Virus record (IMG/VR): IMGVR_UViG_3300028920_000001
Coordinates: 186,001-250,000 of that record
DNA: 64,000 nucleotides
Reading direction: 5' to 3' (one strand)
Each line of letters begins with the position of its first letter. Position 1 is the stretch's first letter. The position numbers and the translations under genes are program-made. Of this stretch, positions 46,270 through 55,603 are shown in pieces. The notes below the pieces were generated by a model, which did not search any database, had not been told where the DNA came from, and worked only from the letters and a program-made list of their open reading frames with translations.

Positions 46270-46644
46270 TTATGATTCCATAATTTGTTCGATTAGTAGT
46301 GAAGCTATTGATAAATAACTGATTCCAAAAGTTTCTTCACATTGAGTACGTTCTGCATCAGTTTGATTTACAGGGTACTTAAAACGTCTTTGTTGATCTG
46401 TGAAAAACGCTTCTCGAGCTTCTTTTTCTGTGTTAAATAATTTGGCTTGACGCCAATGCTCTACAAATCTATTATTAAATCCATTTTCATTTGATTTGAT
46501 ATCAGGATTCCCCGTCCAGAATTCAATTGTTCTTCCAAATTTATTAAAAAGACCGTTCTCAGTTCTTTTACAAACTAAATATTTTGTAGCTTCATCCTCT
46601 ATAATATCCACCCAATTCCCATTTTTCCAAACTATATGTTTCAT
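46270..46644 (-). CDS. IMES-tail protein, MKYVI family
   Basis: ends SLLIEQIMES. Confidence 0.75.
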   Translation of the reverse strand: MKHIVWKNGNWVDIIEDEATKYLVCKRTENGLFNKFGRTIEFWTGNPDIKSNENGFNNRFVEHWRQAKLFNTEKEAREAFFTDQQRRFKYPVNQTDAERTQCEETFGISYLSIASLLIEQIMES

Positions 46645-46880
46645 ATGTTCATTACTAAATGAACTGTTGCTTCTGGTTCTGAAATTTCTTCAAATTCATG
46701 TCGATAAAGAATAACTTTAAATCCATCAAAAAAATCGATATAATAAACTGGTTTGTTGCAAATAGTGTTATTCCAATCACAAATTAATAAACCATATTGT
46801 TCCGTATTTGTTCGTTTAACTACATGGTCTTGATGATAATTCTTTTTAACTTGATACTTATCTAGGTCAATTTCTGTCAT
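46641..46880 (-). CDS. IMES-tail protein, SH3-like family
   Basis: ends ISEPEATVHLVMNI. Confidence 0.7.
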   Translation of the reverse strand: MTEIDLDKYQVKKNYHQDHVVKRTNTEQYGLLICDWNNTICNKPVYYIDFFDGFKVILYRHEFEEISEPEATVHLVMNI

Positions 46881-46929
46881 TTAAATATTGTACATCGGAA
46901 ATAAAATGATAGTCTGTGTAAATTAGTAC

Positions 46930-47217
46930 ATGTCCCTTGTGGTCATCGAGCTCAAGCCCAACCTTTCGTTTCAGAAAACTCGTAATTTACTTCATTGGTA
47001 CACTCCTAAGATTATCCGGTCTCATCCTGAATATGGAAGATATAAACTCAAGACTGAACCTGCGCAGCATGCTCCTCCAGTTAAAGTCAGGGGCCCATTT
47101 ACTGATGTTGATTCTCGAGGACTTACTTTTGAAGTAGACAATCGAGAAGATGCAGAGAAATTTGCAGCTCATATGCAAAAGTCGGGTTGTGTTGCTAACC
47201 ACTGGATTGAGGACTAA
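46930..47217 (+). CDS. hypothetical protein
   Basis: TGTA-N9-ATG. Confidence 0.7.
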   Translation: MSLVVIELKPNLSFQKTRNLLHWYTPKIIRSHPEYGRYKLKTEPAQHAPPVKVRGPFTDVDSRGLTFEVDNREDAEKFAAHMQKSGCVANHWIED

Positions 47218-47219
47218 TT

Positions 47220-47894
47220 ATGGGATACGATATCTATACTCTTGCTCGATCGATGCAACTTAAGCAGAAGATGCTTAAATTCATGCGTAAAAATCATGTT
47301 ACTTGGGAAAAATTGACGGGCTGTGAGCATCGATATACTTCAAAAATCTTGCATGGACGGCAATTATTCGCGTCTAAGTACGCTCTTGGATTTCATTACG
47401 GAGTGGTAACGGGACTCGAGCGGGAATATGCCTATTCATTGGTTCGATGGATGGCGCTCAAAGTTGGAAAGAGATGTCGCACCTTCGGCCATAATGGAAA
47501 GGAAGGCCGGAGTAACAAGCCTATTCCTTATTATGTGTATGATGGCTTTGAACGCTTTCCAGTGTTTACTGAACAATGTGGACTTCCCTCGGGTACTTAT
47601 CGGGCAGTTGATAACTATGGAATTCTCAAGAGACCATATCTAATAGATTTAAGAATGGCTGGCTTGCATAAAATTCATTTTGATAAGATGAAGAAAACCA
47701 AAGATGGAAAATATTTAATTTTTCCCATCACGGCTGCCGATTGTAAAAAGTATGGACTGAGAAAAGGCAGTCATATGAATACCCCGGCGGCTCAAAAATT
47801 ATTTGAAAGACTGGGACGGGAAGCTGTCCGCCGGGATCGCAAGTTCATCCGAGATGAAATTAAGAGACTCGATGCGTTATGGGAAGGATCATAA
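47220..47894 (+). CDS. hypothetical basic protein
   Basis: long ORF. Confidence 0.7.
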   Translation: MGYDIYTLARSMQLKQKMLKFMRKNHVTWEKLTGCEHRYTSKILHGRQLFASKYALGFHYGVVTGLEREYAYSLVRWMALKVGKRCRTFGHNGKEGRSNKPIPYYVYDGFERFPVFTEQCGLPSGTYRAVDNYGILKRPYLIDLRMAGLHKIHFDKMKKTKDGKYLIFPITAADCKKYGLRKGSHMNTPAAQKLFERLGREAVRRDRKFIRDEIKRLDALWEGS

Positions 47895-47926
47895 TTTTTT
47901 TCAAGTGTAAAATTATTTAAGTAAAA

Positions 47927-48154
47927 ATGAATGTACTTCTTCTGCGGTCTGGCGCCCCTTATAAATATACCGTAAATATACCGTATAACCAGCAGCCTCT
48001 TACTGGTTATGGTAGGTTTTTATATGCTACGCAAGATGTCTTAGATCCAATTATTTTAAGAAGAATTGATGGTATAGAATTGTGCTTTTCTCCATCTAAT
48101 TTGAAAAGAATCAGCGAAGAAGAATATCTAACAGCTGAAGTTATGGAATTATGA
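47927..48154 (+). CDS. IMES-tail protein, SH3-like family
   Basis: ends ISEEEYLTAEVMEL. Confidence 0.75.
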   Translation: MNVLLLRSGAPYKYTVNIPYNQQPLTGYGRFLYATQDVLDPIILRRIDGIELCFSPSNLKRISEEEYLTAEVMEL

Positions 48155-48369
48155 ATAATTGTAAAGTAGGATATGAAAGCAAGTCTAGAAGCTCGAATAG
48201 CAAAAGTATTGGAAAAACTTGAAGAAGAATCTATATCCATCACTTACAATAAACCAAAACACATGTTAAATGTAGGTGACGCTCAAACTCGAAATGTTCA
48301 AGGAAAATTTCTGAGTCAAACTACTTATAGTGAAATTGTTCAATTACTTGGTGGAACTGTTGATTAAAG

Positions 48370-48573
48370 TTAAAGTTCCCAGCCCATTCTTTCTCGAGCC
48401 CAATTTACAAGGATTTTGAAATTATCTTTATCAAAAGTGATAGATTCATGCGCTTGATCAAAAGCCAGACGAATCTTAAAACCTGATTTAGATACTGATA
48501 CATTAAATATTTTTCCTTTACTTTCAAGATAATCGCTTATTTTAAGTAAATCAGCTTTAGGTTCGTCAGACAT
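48370..48573 (-). CDS. hypothetical protein
   Basis: coupled ORF. Confidence 0.6.
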   Translation of the reverse strand: MSDEPKADLLKISDYLESKGKIFNVSVSKSGFKIRLAFDQAHESITFDKDNFKILVNWARERMGWEL

Positions 48574-48884
48574 TATGATTCCATAATTTCTTCTACGTCA
48601 ATAGACTTTACTAAATGAATTAAATCTTCTTGTTCGTAACCTAATGCGTGGGCATGAAGTAAGACTTCACTAAGGTCTTCGTTGGCTTGTTTAATAATCA
48701 TATCTATGGCTTGTTCAATGGCGTCATAAATAGTTTCAGTTTGGATAGTTTTAGTGTTTTCTAGACGGTTTTTAGTGTAAATCCAAGCTCCTTTAGCATC
48801 TAATTCTACCCAAATCATGAGTTTACGTCCAATTTCTAGATGATTACCACTTCCTAACGATTTTTGTAGAACAATTCGATTCAT
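48573..48884 (-). CDS. IMES-tail protein
   Basis: ends KSIDVEEIMES. Confidence 0.75.
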   Translation of the reverse strand: MNRIVLQKSLGSGNHLEIGRKLMIWVELDAKGAWIYTKNRLENTKTIQTETIYDAIEQAIDMIIKQANEDLSEVLLHAHALGYEQEDLIHLVKSIDVEEIMES

Positions 48885-48934
48885 ATCATATTATACATGA
48901 AGAAGTAGAAACGCTATTAGATGTAGATTAAAAC

Positions 48935-49342
48935 ATGAATAATATTCGGGAAGCTGATATTAAGAAAGCTCTGGTTGGATATGAAATTATAAATGTTCGT
49001 AAAAAACGCGGTGGAGAATTTTGTGATGAACAAATGACTCTTACGTTGCGCCATTCTAAAACTAAAGAAGAGCTAAAAGCTAAAATTTTCTATTACAGTA
49101 ACGATCATGAGATTTGGGTTGAAACTTATCAAAGACCTCGAAATAGTAAATCGAAGAAAAAACGTGAACATCAATGGAAACGAATCGGAGACGCTGGAAC
49201 TTGCATTCATGAATCATCCATCTTTAAATGTGAACATTGTGGTTGTATGGCTACTGTTACTGTAGGACATGCCATTAATCCTAAAGATTACCCACCTTGT
49301 GTATCCCGAAGTTTCATGAAAGCTTGGCGCAAGAAACACTAA
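48935..49342 (+). CDS. hypothetical protein with HQW...CEHC motif
   Basis: TGTA-N9-ATG. Confidence 0.7.
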   Translation: MNNIREADIKKALVGYEIINVRKKRGGEFCDEQMTLTLRHSKTKEELKAKIFYYSNDHEIWVETYQRPRNSKSKKKREHQWKRIGDAGTCIHESSIFKCEHCGCMATVTVGHAINPKDYPPCVSRSFMKAWRKKH

Positions 49343-49548
49343 TGCAGTATGTTATCTGGAGTATTACTTTTAGTAAATATTACTATGAGCATTATAATGG
49401 ATTTGATCACTTTCATAATATTGAAAAAGCTTCATATTATTCTTCCAGAGAAGAAGCTATGCTGGCAGTTAAAAGACGACCAGATCCTGATAGTCTAATC
49501 ATTTATAGCATAGATGAAGCCATAGTCGCGGAGATTATGAGGAAATGA
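49342..49548 (+). CDS. IMES-tail protein, MKYVI family
   Basis: ends YSIDEAIVAEIMRK. Confidence 0.75.
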   Translation: MQYVIWSITFSKYYYEHYNGFDHFHNIEKASYYSSREEAMLAVKRRPDPDSLIIYSIDEAIVAEIMRK

Positions 49549-49820
49549 ACAGTAAATGTCATGCTGCCATGAAGTACGCTATTCGAATTGCAAATGCTCC
49601 ATTTCCAGTCTGGATTGAAGCTATTTATCCTGATCAACTTGGAAAGCCAGGGCCTAAAGATAAATATGGTTTAGGTGCTAGTCATTTTTACACTGATTTT
49701 CCTCGACGTGCGACTTTATACACTACTGTTCAATTAGCGATTGAAGCTAGATGCGTAGAAGATCCGATAGAAATCATTACTGAAGATGAATTACAGGTGT
49801 ATATTATAATGGATGAGTAA
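49545..49820 (+). CDS. IMES-tail protein, MKYVI family
   Basis: ends ITEDELQVYIIMDE. Confidence 0.75.
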   Translation: MNSKCHAAMKYAIRIANAPFPVWIEAIYPDQLGKPGPKDKYGLGASHFYTDFPRRATLYTTVQLAIEARCVEDPIEIITEDELQVYIIMDE

Positions 49821-50139
49821 TTATAAAGAAACATTAGAACGATACATCATTGGTGAATACGTTAAAGTCATGGCTGGTCGGACTAAGTTAACAATCATGC
49901 TCGGTGATGGGGTTATAGCAACCGAACTTGATAAGAATGTATTTCAAATTGGTTCTCGCGTGAGAATTGAATATAATCACAAATACCAAGGAGAACATTA
50001 CGGAACAATAACTGAACGTTTTTCAAATCGCGGAACTTGCATGGTAGAATTCAAAGAATCGATTTTAGAATGGAGAATGCGAGATCTTAAATTAATAAGC
50101 GAAGATGAATTTCAAATAGGCATAATCATGGAGATGTAA
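49813..50139 (+). CDS. IMES-tail protein, SH3-like family
   Basis: ends ISEDEFQIGIIMEM. Confidence 0.75.
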   Translation: MSNYKETLERYIIGEYVKVMAGRTKLTIMLGDGVIATELDKNVFQIGSRVRIEYNHKYQGEHYGTITERFSNRGTCMVEFKESILEWRMRDLKLISEDEFQIGIIMEM

Positions 50140-50364
50140 ATGGGTGATTTATTCAGATCGATGGCTGCCTCTTTAAATAAGCCTGTTCGAATTTTGGATA
50201 ATCATATGTGTGGAACAGTTATTTCTCGAGGATTAGACGGTTCACTTGAAATTCAAATTTATGGTTCTAAAGAAATCCAATTTGTTAGATTTCAAGATGT
50301 TGAGTTCATGGCAGCAGACGAATTTGAACAAATTAAGACATTGTTGGAAATCATGCAATCATGA
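50140..50364 (+). CDS. IMES-tail protein, SH3-like family
   Basis: ends KTLLEIMQS. Confidence 0.7.
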   Translation: MGDLFRSMAASLNKPVRILDNHMCGTVISRGLDGSLEIQIYGSKEIQFVRFQDVEFMAADEFEQIKTLLEIMQS

Positions 50365-50522
50365 TTGAAGTAACGGTATGGCTCGGCTCGAAACTCAAAG
50401 ATTTAATTACCAGAATGTCAAGATTTTTGAATCAATTAGCTTTGAACCGAATTTAATTGCTTTTAACATAGTTCTTATTTTATCATCCAGGAAGTCATGA
50501 AATTATGACTGTATGTTAAAGT

Positions 50523-51050
50523 GTGAATTTAATCATAGCTTTTATTATAGTATTTAACTTTGGGGTTTGTTTTGCTTTAATCTGGCAGATACGACGTGCC
50601 AAAGATGAGGCTGCTAGATATGAGGCATTGAATATACTAAAAACAAATGTCAGTAAGCTTGATTTAGGTTTATATGAGCAAAGAACTTTTTCTTTTGATT
50701 CCAGTTCTTGTTTTGTTCAGTACGAATCGATTAGGTTCAGTATTAGACTTCATAAATATAAATACAGAAAGTATGACGCAGAAATTACTATTGATTATTT
50801 CAATCAAGTTGAATTTGAAGTATTGGAAAGCAGATTTTGCGGATTATCTTTCAGTGATTTAAGAGCTACCATTCAGCATATGGTCGAGAGACTAAATGCT
50901 AAATTAATCAGAGCTACCATGCATTTAGGTGTTCTTACTCAAAATGATATAATTTCAATTATGCTAGATGAAACTACGAGAGTAAGATCACGCGAAACAT
51001 TAATTACTATTATCGATCAATCGATAGTAAAAAGAATTATGGAAAGTTAG
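50523..51050 (+). CDS. IMES-tail protein with N-terminal TM segment
   Basis: ends QSIVKRIMES (Ser encoded by AGT). Confidence 0.75.
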   Translation: MNLIIAFIIVFNFGVCFALIWQIRRAKDEAARYEALNILKTNVSKLDLGLYEQRTFSFDSSSCFVQYESIRFSIRLHKYKYRKYDAEITIDYFNQVEFEVLESRFCGLSFSDLRATIQHMVERLNAKLIRATMHLGVLTQNDIISIMLDETTRVRSRETLITIIDQSIVKRIMES

Positions 51051-51063
51051 TTGTACTATTTAA

Positions 51064-51585
51064 ATGATGATTACGTTTGTTCAATACAGATTAGCTGATG
51101 GTGAAATTGCACCTCGTTGTAAGAGTAACTGTATTGGTCTTTCGTCAAATGCTTTAAAGAGTAATAAAAAGTGGTCCTGTTTACAAATTACGGATCATCC
51201 TCCATTATTTGAATTTTCGAGCAATTACACTATATTAATTTCTCAAATTAACCAACTGAATTTTAAATGCACTAATAAATGGTTACAAAAAATGGCATAT
51301 GAAAAGTTTGTCCAAGATTTTCAAGATTTTTTAGAAAGACAAATATTTAGTGTTTGGCATAGTTGTCCTTTCGTGACTGTTATTTTTGAGCCACTCAATG
51401 TTTCACCAGCTGATAGTCCTCCATCTAAAGGGATGGTTCATTTTATTAACATGACTTTAGTTATGGGGAATCAGCCAGTAGCAAAATCTAATTGTTGCGA
51501 AAAGTGGCTCCCTAAATTTTGGGATTCAGATTTTGTTCAGGAACGTCGTAACTTTTATATGGTTGAAAGGATCATGCAATTATAA
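51064..51585 (+). CDS. IMES-tail protein
   Basis: ends YMVERIMQL. Confidence 0.7.
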   Translation: MMITFVQYRLADGEIAPRCKSNCIGLSSNALKSNKKWSCLQITDHPPLFEFSSNYTILISQINQLNFKCTNKWLQKMAYEKFVQDFQDFLERQIFSVWHSCPFVTVIFEPLNVSPADSPPSKGMVHFINMTLVMGNQPVAKSNCCEKWLPKFWDSDFVQERRNFYMVERIMQL

Positions 51586-51776
51586 TGCCTGTTACTCAAG
51601 TGACTCCGTATATGATGAAACCAGGACAATATGTTCGACAAGGTGATCATCTGTCTATAGTTGAATCTTGTGAATTTTGTAATAAGCCCAGATCGATATT
51701 TAATGGGAAGTGGGTTTCAAAGATGAGAGCTCCAACCGAGAAAGAACATATTGTGTCTGATGTGATGCAAACGTAG
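51585..51776 (+). CDS. IMES-tail protein, SH3-like family
   Basis: ends PTEKEHIVSDVMQT. Confidence 0.7.
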   Translation: MPVTQVTPYMMKPGQYVRQGDHLSIVESCEFCNKPRSIFNGKWVSKMRAPTEKEHIVSDVMQT

Positions 51777-51962
51777 ATGTAATCTAAATTATGAGTGATT
51801 GGGAAGTTTCTGGTTATTTAAGACGTCAAGACCGGGCTGATAAGGCTTTGTATGAGTCTATTTCTAGAGTAATCAAAGTTTTTGAAGAAATGGAACGAAA
51901 ACCTAAAGTTCTACGAGAACCAATAGCTAAATTAAAGAAACAAACTAAAAAACATAAAAAGG

Positions 51963-52340
51963 GTGAAGATGAATAATCGAACAGACTTGCCTAAAGATCA
52001 TGCTGAATGGCAAGCTCAGTTAGAAGCAAAAAATCAAGAGTCGCTTCAACTTGCCATATCTGTTTTAAAACGCGTTCCTCAAATTGTTGGTGAATTTGCA
52101 CCTGTACAAGTTCAGCGTACTTTTGCTGGAATTATTAATGGATACAAATATCGGAAACGTCGTAACTCTGGCAACATATTTCTTCATATGTTGCCAGAGT
52201 TAGCAAAACAATCTGCTCGAACATTCGGACTTTTTGAGCCTGATGAATGTGTGCTGATAGCTCAGGCGATTGTTGATGAAACTGCATCTAATAATGAACT
52301 TCACAATCTTTTGAAATACGAAAGGTACGAAAATGACTGA
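51963..52340 (+). CDS. hypothetical protein
   Basis: ORF in run. Confidence 0.65.
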   Translation: MKMNNRTDLPKDHAEWQAQLEAKNQESLQLAISVLKRVPQIVGEFAPVQVQRTFAGIINGYKYRKRRNSGNIFLHMLPELAKQSARTFGLFEPDECVLIAQAIVDETASNNELHNLLKYERYEND

Positions 52341-52540
52341 TCAAGAACGAATTGCTGAGCTCGAGCAACGAATCGCTGAGCTTGAATATGCTCTAGCTGG
52401 AACAATGATTTCATTGTCTTCTCGGGATGGTGTAATACCTGATCCTCATATAATTCAAGCGATGCAGGCGAGTAAACAAGTTCAATTTAAAATTATGTTT
52501 GATGACGAACGCATAATAATGGTCAAACTTGAAATTAAAG

Positions 52541-52918
52541 ATGCGTGAAGAAGTATTTAACGTAAAATTTCTACATTATTGCTACGAAATCTTTATCCGA
52601 GGTCCTGGTTATCGGGTTGAGCGTATTACTGTAAGTCCATATGATTATCAAGATATTCTTAAAGGCGGTAAAGAAACGTTAGATCTAACAAATAATCGTT
52701 TTGATTTAAAAAGAGGAAAAGTAGCTACCCTTTTTGGAACAGACTTGTATGTAAACAAAATTGCTCCTATTGGAATAATTGAAATTAAACATGGTAGACA
52801 TAAAATTAAAACATCTCATGTGTTTATTTCAACCTGGGAAAGTCATTCGGGAGCCATTTTAGATTGTAGACATGCTTCTTGTAGAAAGTATTTAATTGCT
52901 CATATAATGGAGACCTAG
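52541..52918 (+). CDS. IMES-tail protein resembling a fragment of a major capsid protein
   Basis: RVERITVSPYDYQDILKGG...LKRGKVATLFGTDLYVNKIAPIG; ends YLIAHIMET. Confidence 0.55.
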   Translation: MREEVFNVKFLHYCYEIFIRGPGYRVERITVSPYDYQDILKGGKETLDLTNNRFDLKRGKVATLFGTDLYVNKIAPIGIIEIKHGRHKIKTSHVFISTWESHSGAILDCRHASCRKYLIAHIMET

Positions 52919-53003
52919 ATCCAAATGTAAGTTTAAATAGTGAAGATCCTGATCCCCCTTGGGATCTTCCGAGAGCCTGGATACCCTCCGGGCTCTTGTT
53001 TAT

Positions 53004-53207
53004 TTAGAAATAATTCCAGAGAATGTCTCTCTTATATTTATTTTTAATAATATCAAATTTATCACTTTGAATGAAGTGACAAGTTACTCGTCGCCTTCTT
53101 CTATTACTTTCTTGCTTCCAGCTTTTCAGGGAAGGAAAGTATCCCCAATAACGACAATTGTGATGTTTGGCCCGATGGATATTTTTGCGTCGATAGTTGA
53201 TGTGCAT
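53004..53207 (-). CDS. small basic protein
   Basis: Arg-rich ORF. Confidence 0.55.
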   Translation of the reverse strand: MHINYRRKNIHRAKHHNCRYWGYFPSLKSWKQESNRRRRRVTCHFIQSDKFDIIKNKYKRDILWNYF

Positions 53208-53234
53208 ACTTAAGTCATAACCAAACCTCCAAGT

Positions 53235-53639
53235 CTATTTTACAGTCTGCACAAAATCCTTGATTTCATTAGGTGGATAACCTGATAAGTAACCGACTAA
53301 GTAATGATAATCTTTTCCAGTTAAATTATCCTGACACCATCTTAGTAATTTAGCCATGTCTCTATTTTCAGGCAAATATGCAGATACACCGTCAGATTCC
53401 AGGCCGTATTTTTCAGCGTTTTCTTTAAGTTCATCCTCTCGCCAACCATGTGTTAATGGTTTAGTTCCTTTTTTAACAAATCGACAGGCTTTTTCAACTG
53501 AATAGTCCCAGCCTTTAGTTTTAGGGTCCCAATTCACTGCTTTTTCAAACGCTGGAATATATTCTTCAGGCACCTTATCTTTTATGATAGATACCATTGA
53601 ATCTTCCGTCATTTTACGTGCAATCTTAAATAGATCCAC
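53235..53639 (-). CDS. hypothetical protein with N-terminal MDLFKIARK motif
   Basis: C-terminal GYLSGYP..EI..F. Confidence 0.7.
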   Translation of the reverse strand: MDLFKIARKMTEDSMVSIIKDKVPEEYIPAFEKAVNWDPKTKGWDYSVEKACRFVKKGTKPLTHGWREDELKENAEKYGLESDGVSAYLPENRDMAKLLRWCQDNLTGKDYHYLVGYLSGYPPNEIKDFVQTVK

Positions 53640-53913
53640 GCTTCAATGACTAGATAAAAATTTAATGGAAAAGTTTAAATGCCTTCTTCTTGATCTCCCT
53701 CTCGCCAGTCATGAAGACCCAGGCTAATGCTTGGGTCTTCGTTTATTTGGGAAGGTATCTATTTCTTCTTGATTAAACTTAATTATTATTTCTTCTACAG
53801 ATTTCCATTCATGTTCACATTGTTTGCAACGATAATAAGTAAGCACATTTATACCATCTGAATGGCCGCCTAATCTTTCTATAAATCTATGATCACACAG
53901 AGATAATAATGAA

Positions 53914-54141
53914 TTAAACTGTCATGATTTTGAGCACATTAGCTTCTTTACAGTCTATTGGGACTCCAACGTGTTTTAATAATTCACCAGGAGTAGTTTT
54001 CTTTAATTTGTCGAGCTTAATTTTTGTTCCTCGAGTAGTAATTCTGTGACCACAACCCGGACAGCACCAAGTTCGATGAAGAGTCGGTTGTGCTTCTCTA
54101 ATCTTCACCCAATTATGCTGCTTCATATTTTCATATACCAC
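53914..54141 (-). CDS. IMES-tail protein, HxW...CxxC family
   Basis: ends KEANVLKIMTV. Confidence 0.7.
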   Translation of the reverse strand: MVYENMKQHNWVKIREAQPTLHRTWCCPGCGHRITTRGTKIKLDKLKKTTPGELLKHVGVPIDCKEANVLKIMTV

Positions 54142-54182
54142 TGGCCTTAATAAATTTACAGTTCTAATCTCTTGGTTCGGAC

Positions 54183-55334
54183 GTGGATTTACACGCGATA
54201 GCCATCCGGATTGCTAGCCGGCATTTAGGATTTAGTGGTGTCCGTGGGTGGCTTTACACTGATGGGAAATACGCTTCACTTAAAGATCGAGATTCAAACA
54301 TGCACCGGGAATTTGCTCAAAAGCATATTCTTGAAGACGCTGGACTAGATCAATTTTTAGAAGCTCAAAAAGGTAAGATTTCAGAGCATACTTTGAAGGA
54401 ATTGGAAAGTGCCCCAACTTTCTCAATTTTTCCAGCGTACATAGGAACTGATGAACAGGAGTTGATAGACTCGGTGGTAGAGAATACCGCACTTACTCCT
54501 GAAATTTACAAAAAATACCAAGAAGACGCCGAAAAAGCCTATTCTGAAGATTATGACGCTATTCGAATTTGGGGTCAGAGCTCAGAATTAACTGCTGACT
54601 TTTATGGATGGGATCGGAAAGCCTTATTAACTCTACAGGATTTTGTAATAGATAATCCGGAAGTTCAGAAGCCGAATCTGAAAGTCAAACTCGGTGATTA
54701 TAAGACCGGAAAGACCTATGATACCACTATTGAAGATTTACTAGCTTATTCCGGGAAGGGTAAATCACTAGTATCTAGTCAATTACGTAGAATTGCAGCT
54801 CGAGTTGCATTTTTCCATCAAGCTTTTACTGGATTACGATGGTGGGTCTTCATCGATGGTAATAAGATTATACCAATAAAGGGATTTCATGATGCTTTTG
54901 CTGAAGCCTATTTACTGAAAGACTTAGGTATTGATAAATATTTAGAAGAAAATCAAGAAAGTTTAGGAGATTTAGGTTATGCTATAAAGGTTTCTGGGCC
55001 TAAAGCTATTTGGTATCGAAAAGTAGAAGAGATCCCAGAGGCAGTGTTTAATGATACTGCTTTGACTCCTGAAGTATTTGAACGTTATAAAGAAGATACT
55101 GAGGAGTCATTTTCTAAAGATTATAATGCAATTCGAATGTGGGAAATGGATCCAGGTACATTAAATGTTGAATATTATAAATGGGATGACGCGGCTCTTC
55201 AGACTTTAAAGAACTTTTTGCGAAAAGAGCACTTAACGGACAATGTATTTATTGAAGAATCGAGTACTGATAGGCATAAATTATTATCTATAAAGGCCGT
55301 ACTCAAGTTACGAAGCATAAATAAACTATTCTAA
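54183..55334 (+). CDS. protein made of two tandem about 190-aa repeats, each starting with IAxR[IV]A
   Basis: TALTPE...DY.AIR.W...Y.WD..AL.TL occurs twice. Confidence 0.8.
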   Translation: MDLHAIAIRIASRHLGFSGVRGWLYTDGKYASLKDRDSNMHREFAQKHILEDAGLDQFLEAQKGKISEHTLKELESAPTFSIFPAYIGTDEQELIDSVVENTALTPEIYKKYQEDAEKAYSEDYDAIRIWGQSSELTADFYGWDRKALLTLQDFVIDNPEVQKPNLKVKLGDYKTGKTYDTTIEDLLAYSGKGKSLVSSQLRRIAARVAFFHQAFTGLRWWVFIDGNKIIPIKGFHDAFAEAYLLKDLGIDKYLEENQESLGDLGYAIKVSGPKAIWYRKVEEIPEAVFNDTALTPEVFERYKEDTEESFSKDYNAIRMWEMDPGTLNVEYYKWDDAALQTLKNFLRKEHLTDNVFIEESSTDRHKLLSIKAVLKLRSINKLF

Positions 55335-55337
55335 TAA

Positions 55338-55592
55338 TTATTTAGTAATAATAGGTTTGGCTTCAACGCCTTCCTGCGCTAAAATATGATTTTGATCATT
55401 AAGTCGAAGAATGACTTCATGTTTGTGTGTTAGAACGACTTGACCCTCCGGAGTTTGGAGAAAAGGTTGCACACAATGGGCATGGAGTCCCGTGTCCCAT
55501 TCTTCACAGAAATGATCGAGTTGTCCAGTTTTCCCACAATGGAAACATTCACCTTCAAATGGGTCAACTGGCCAGATTCCTCCACAAGGCAT
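55338..55592 (-). CDS. Zn-binding hypothetical protein
   Basis: CFHC...HFCEEW...HAHC. Confidence 0.65.
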   Translation of the reverse strand: MPCGGIWPVDPFEGECFHCGKTGQLDHFCEEWDTGLHAHCVQPFLQTPEGQVVLTHKHEVILRLNDQNHILAQEGVEAKPIITK

Positions 55593-55603
55593 TACAAACC
55601 ATC

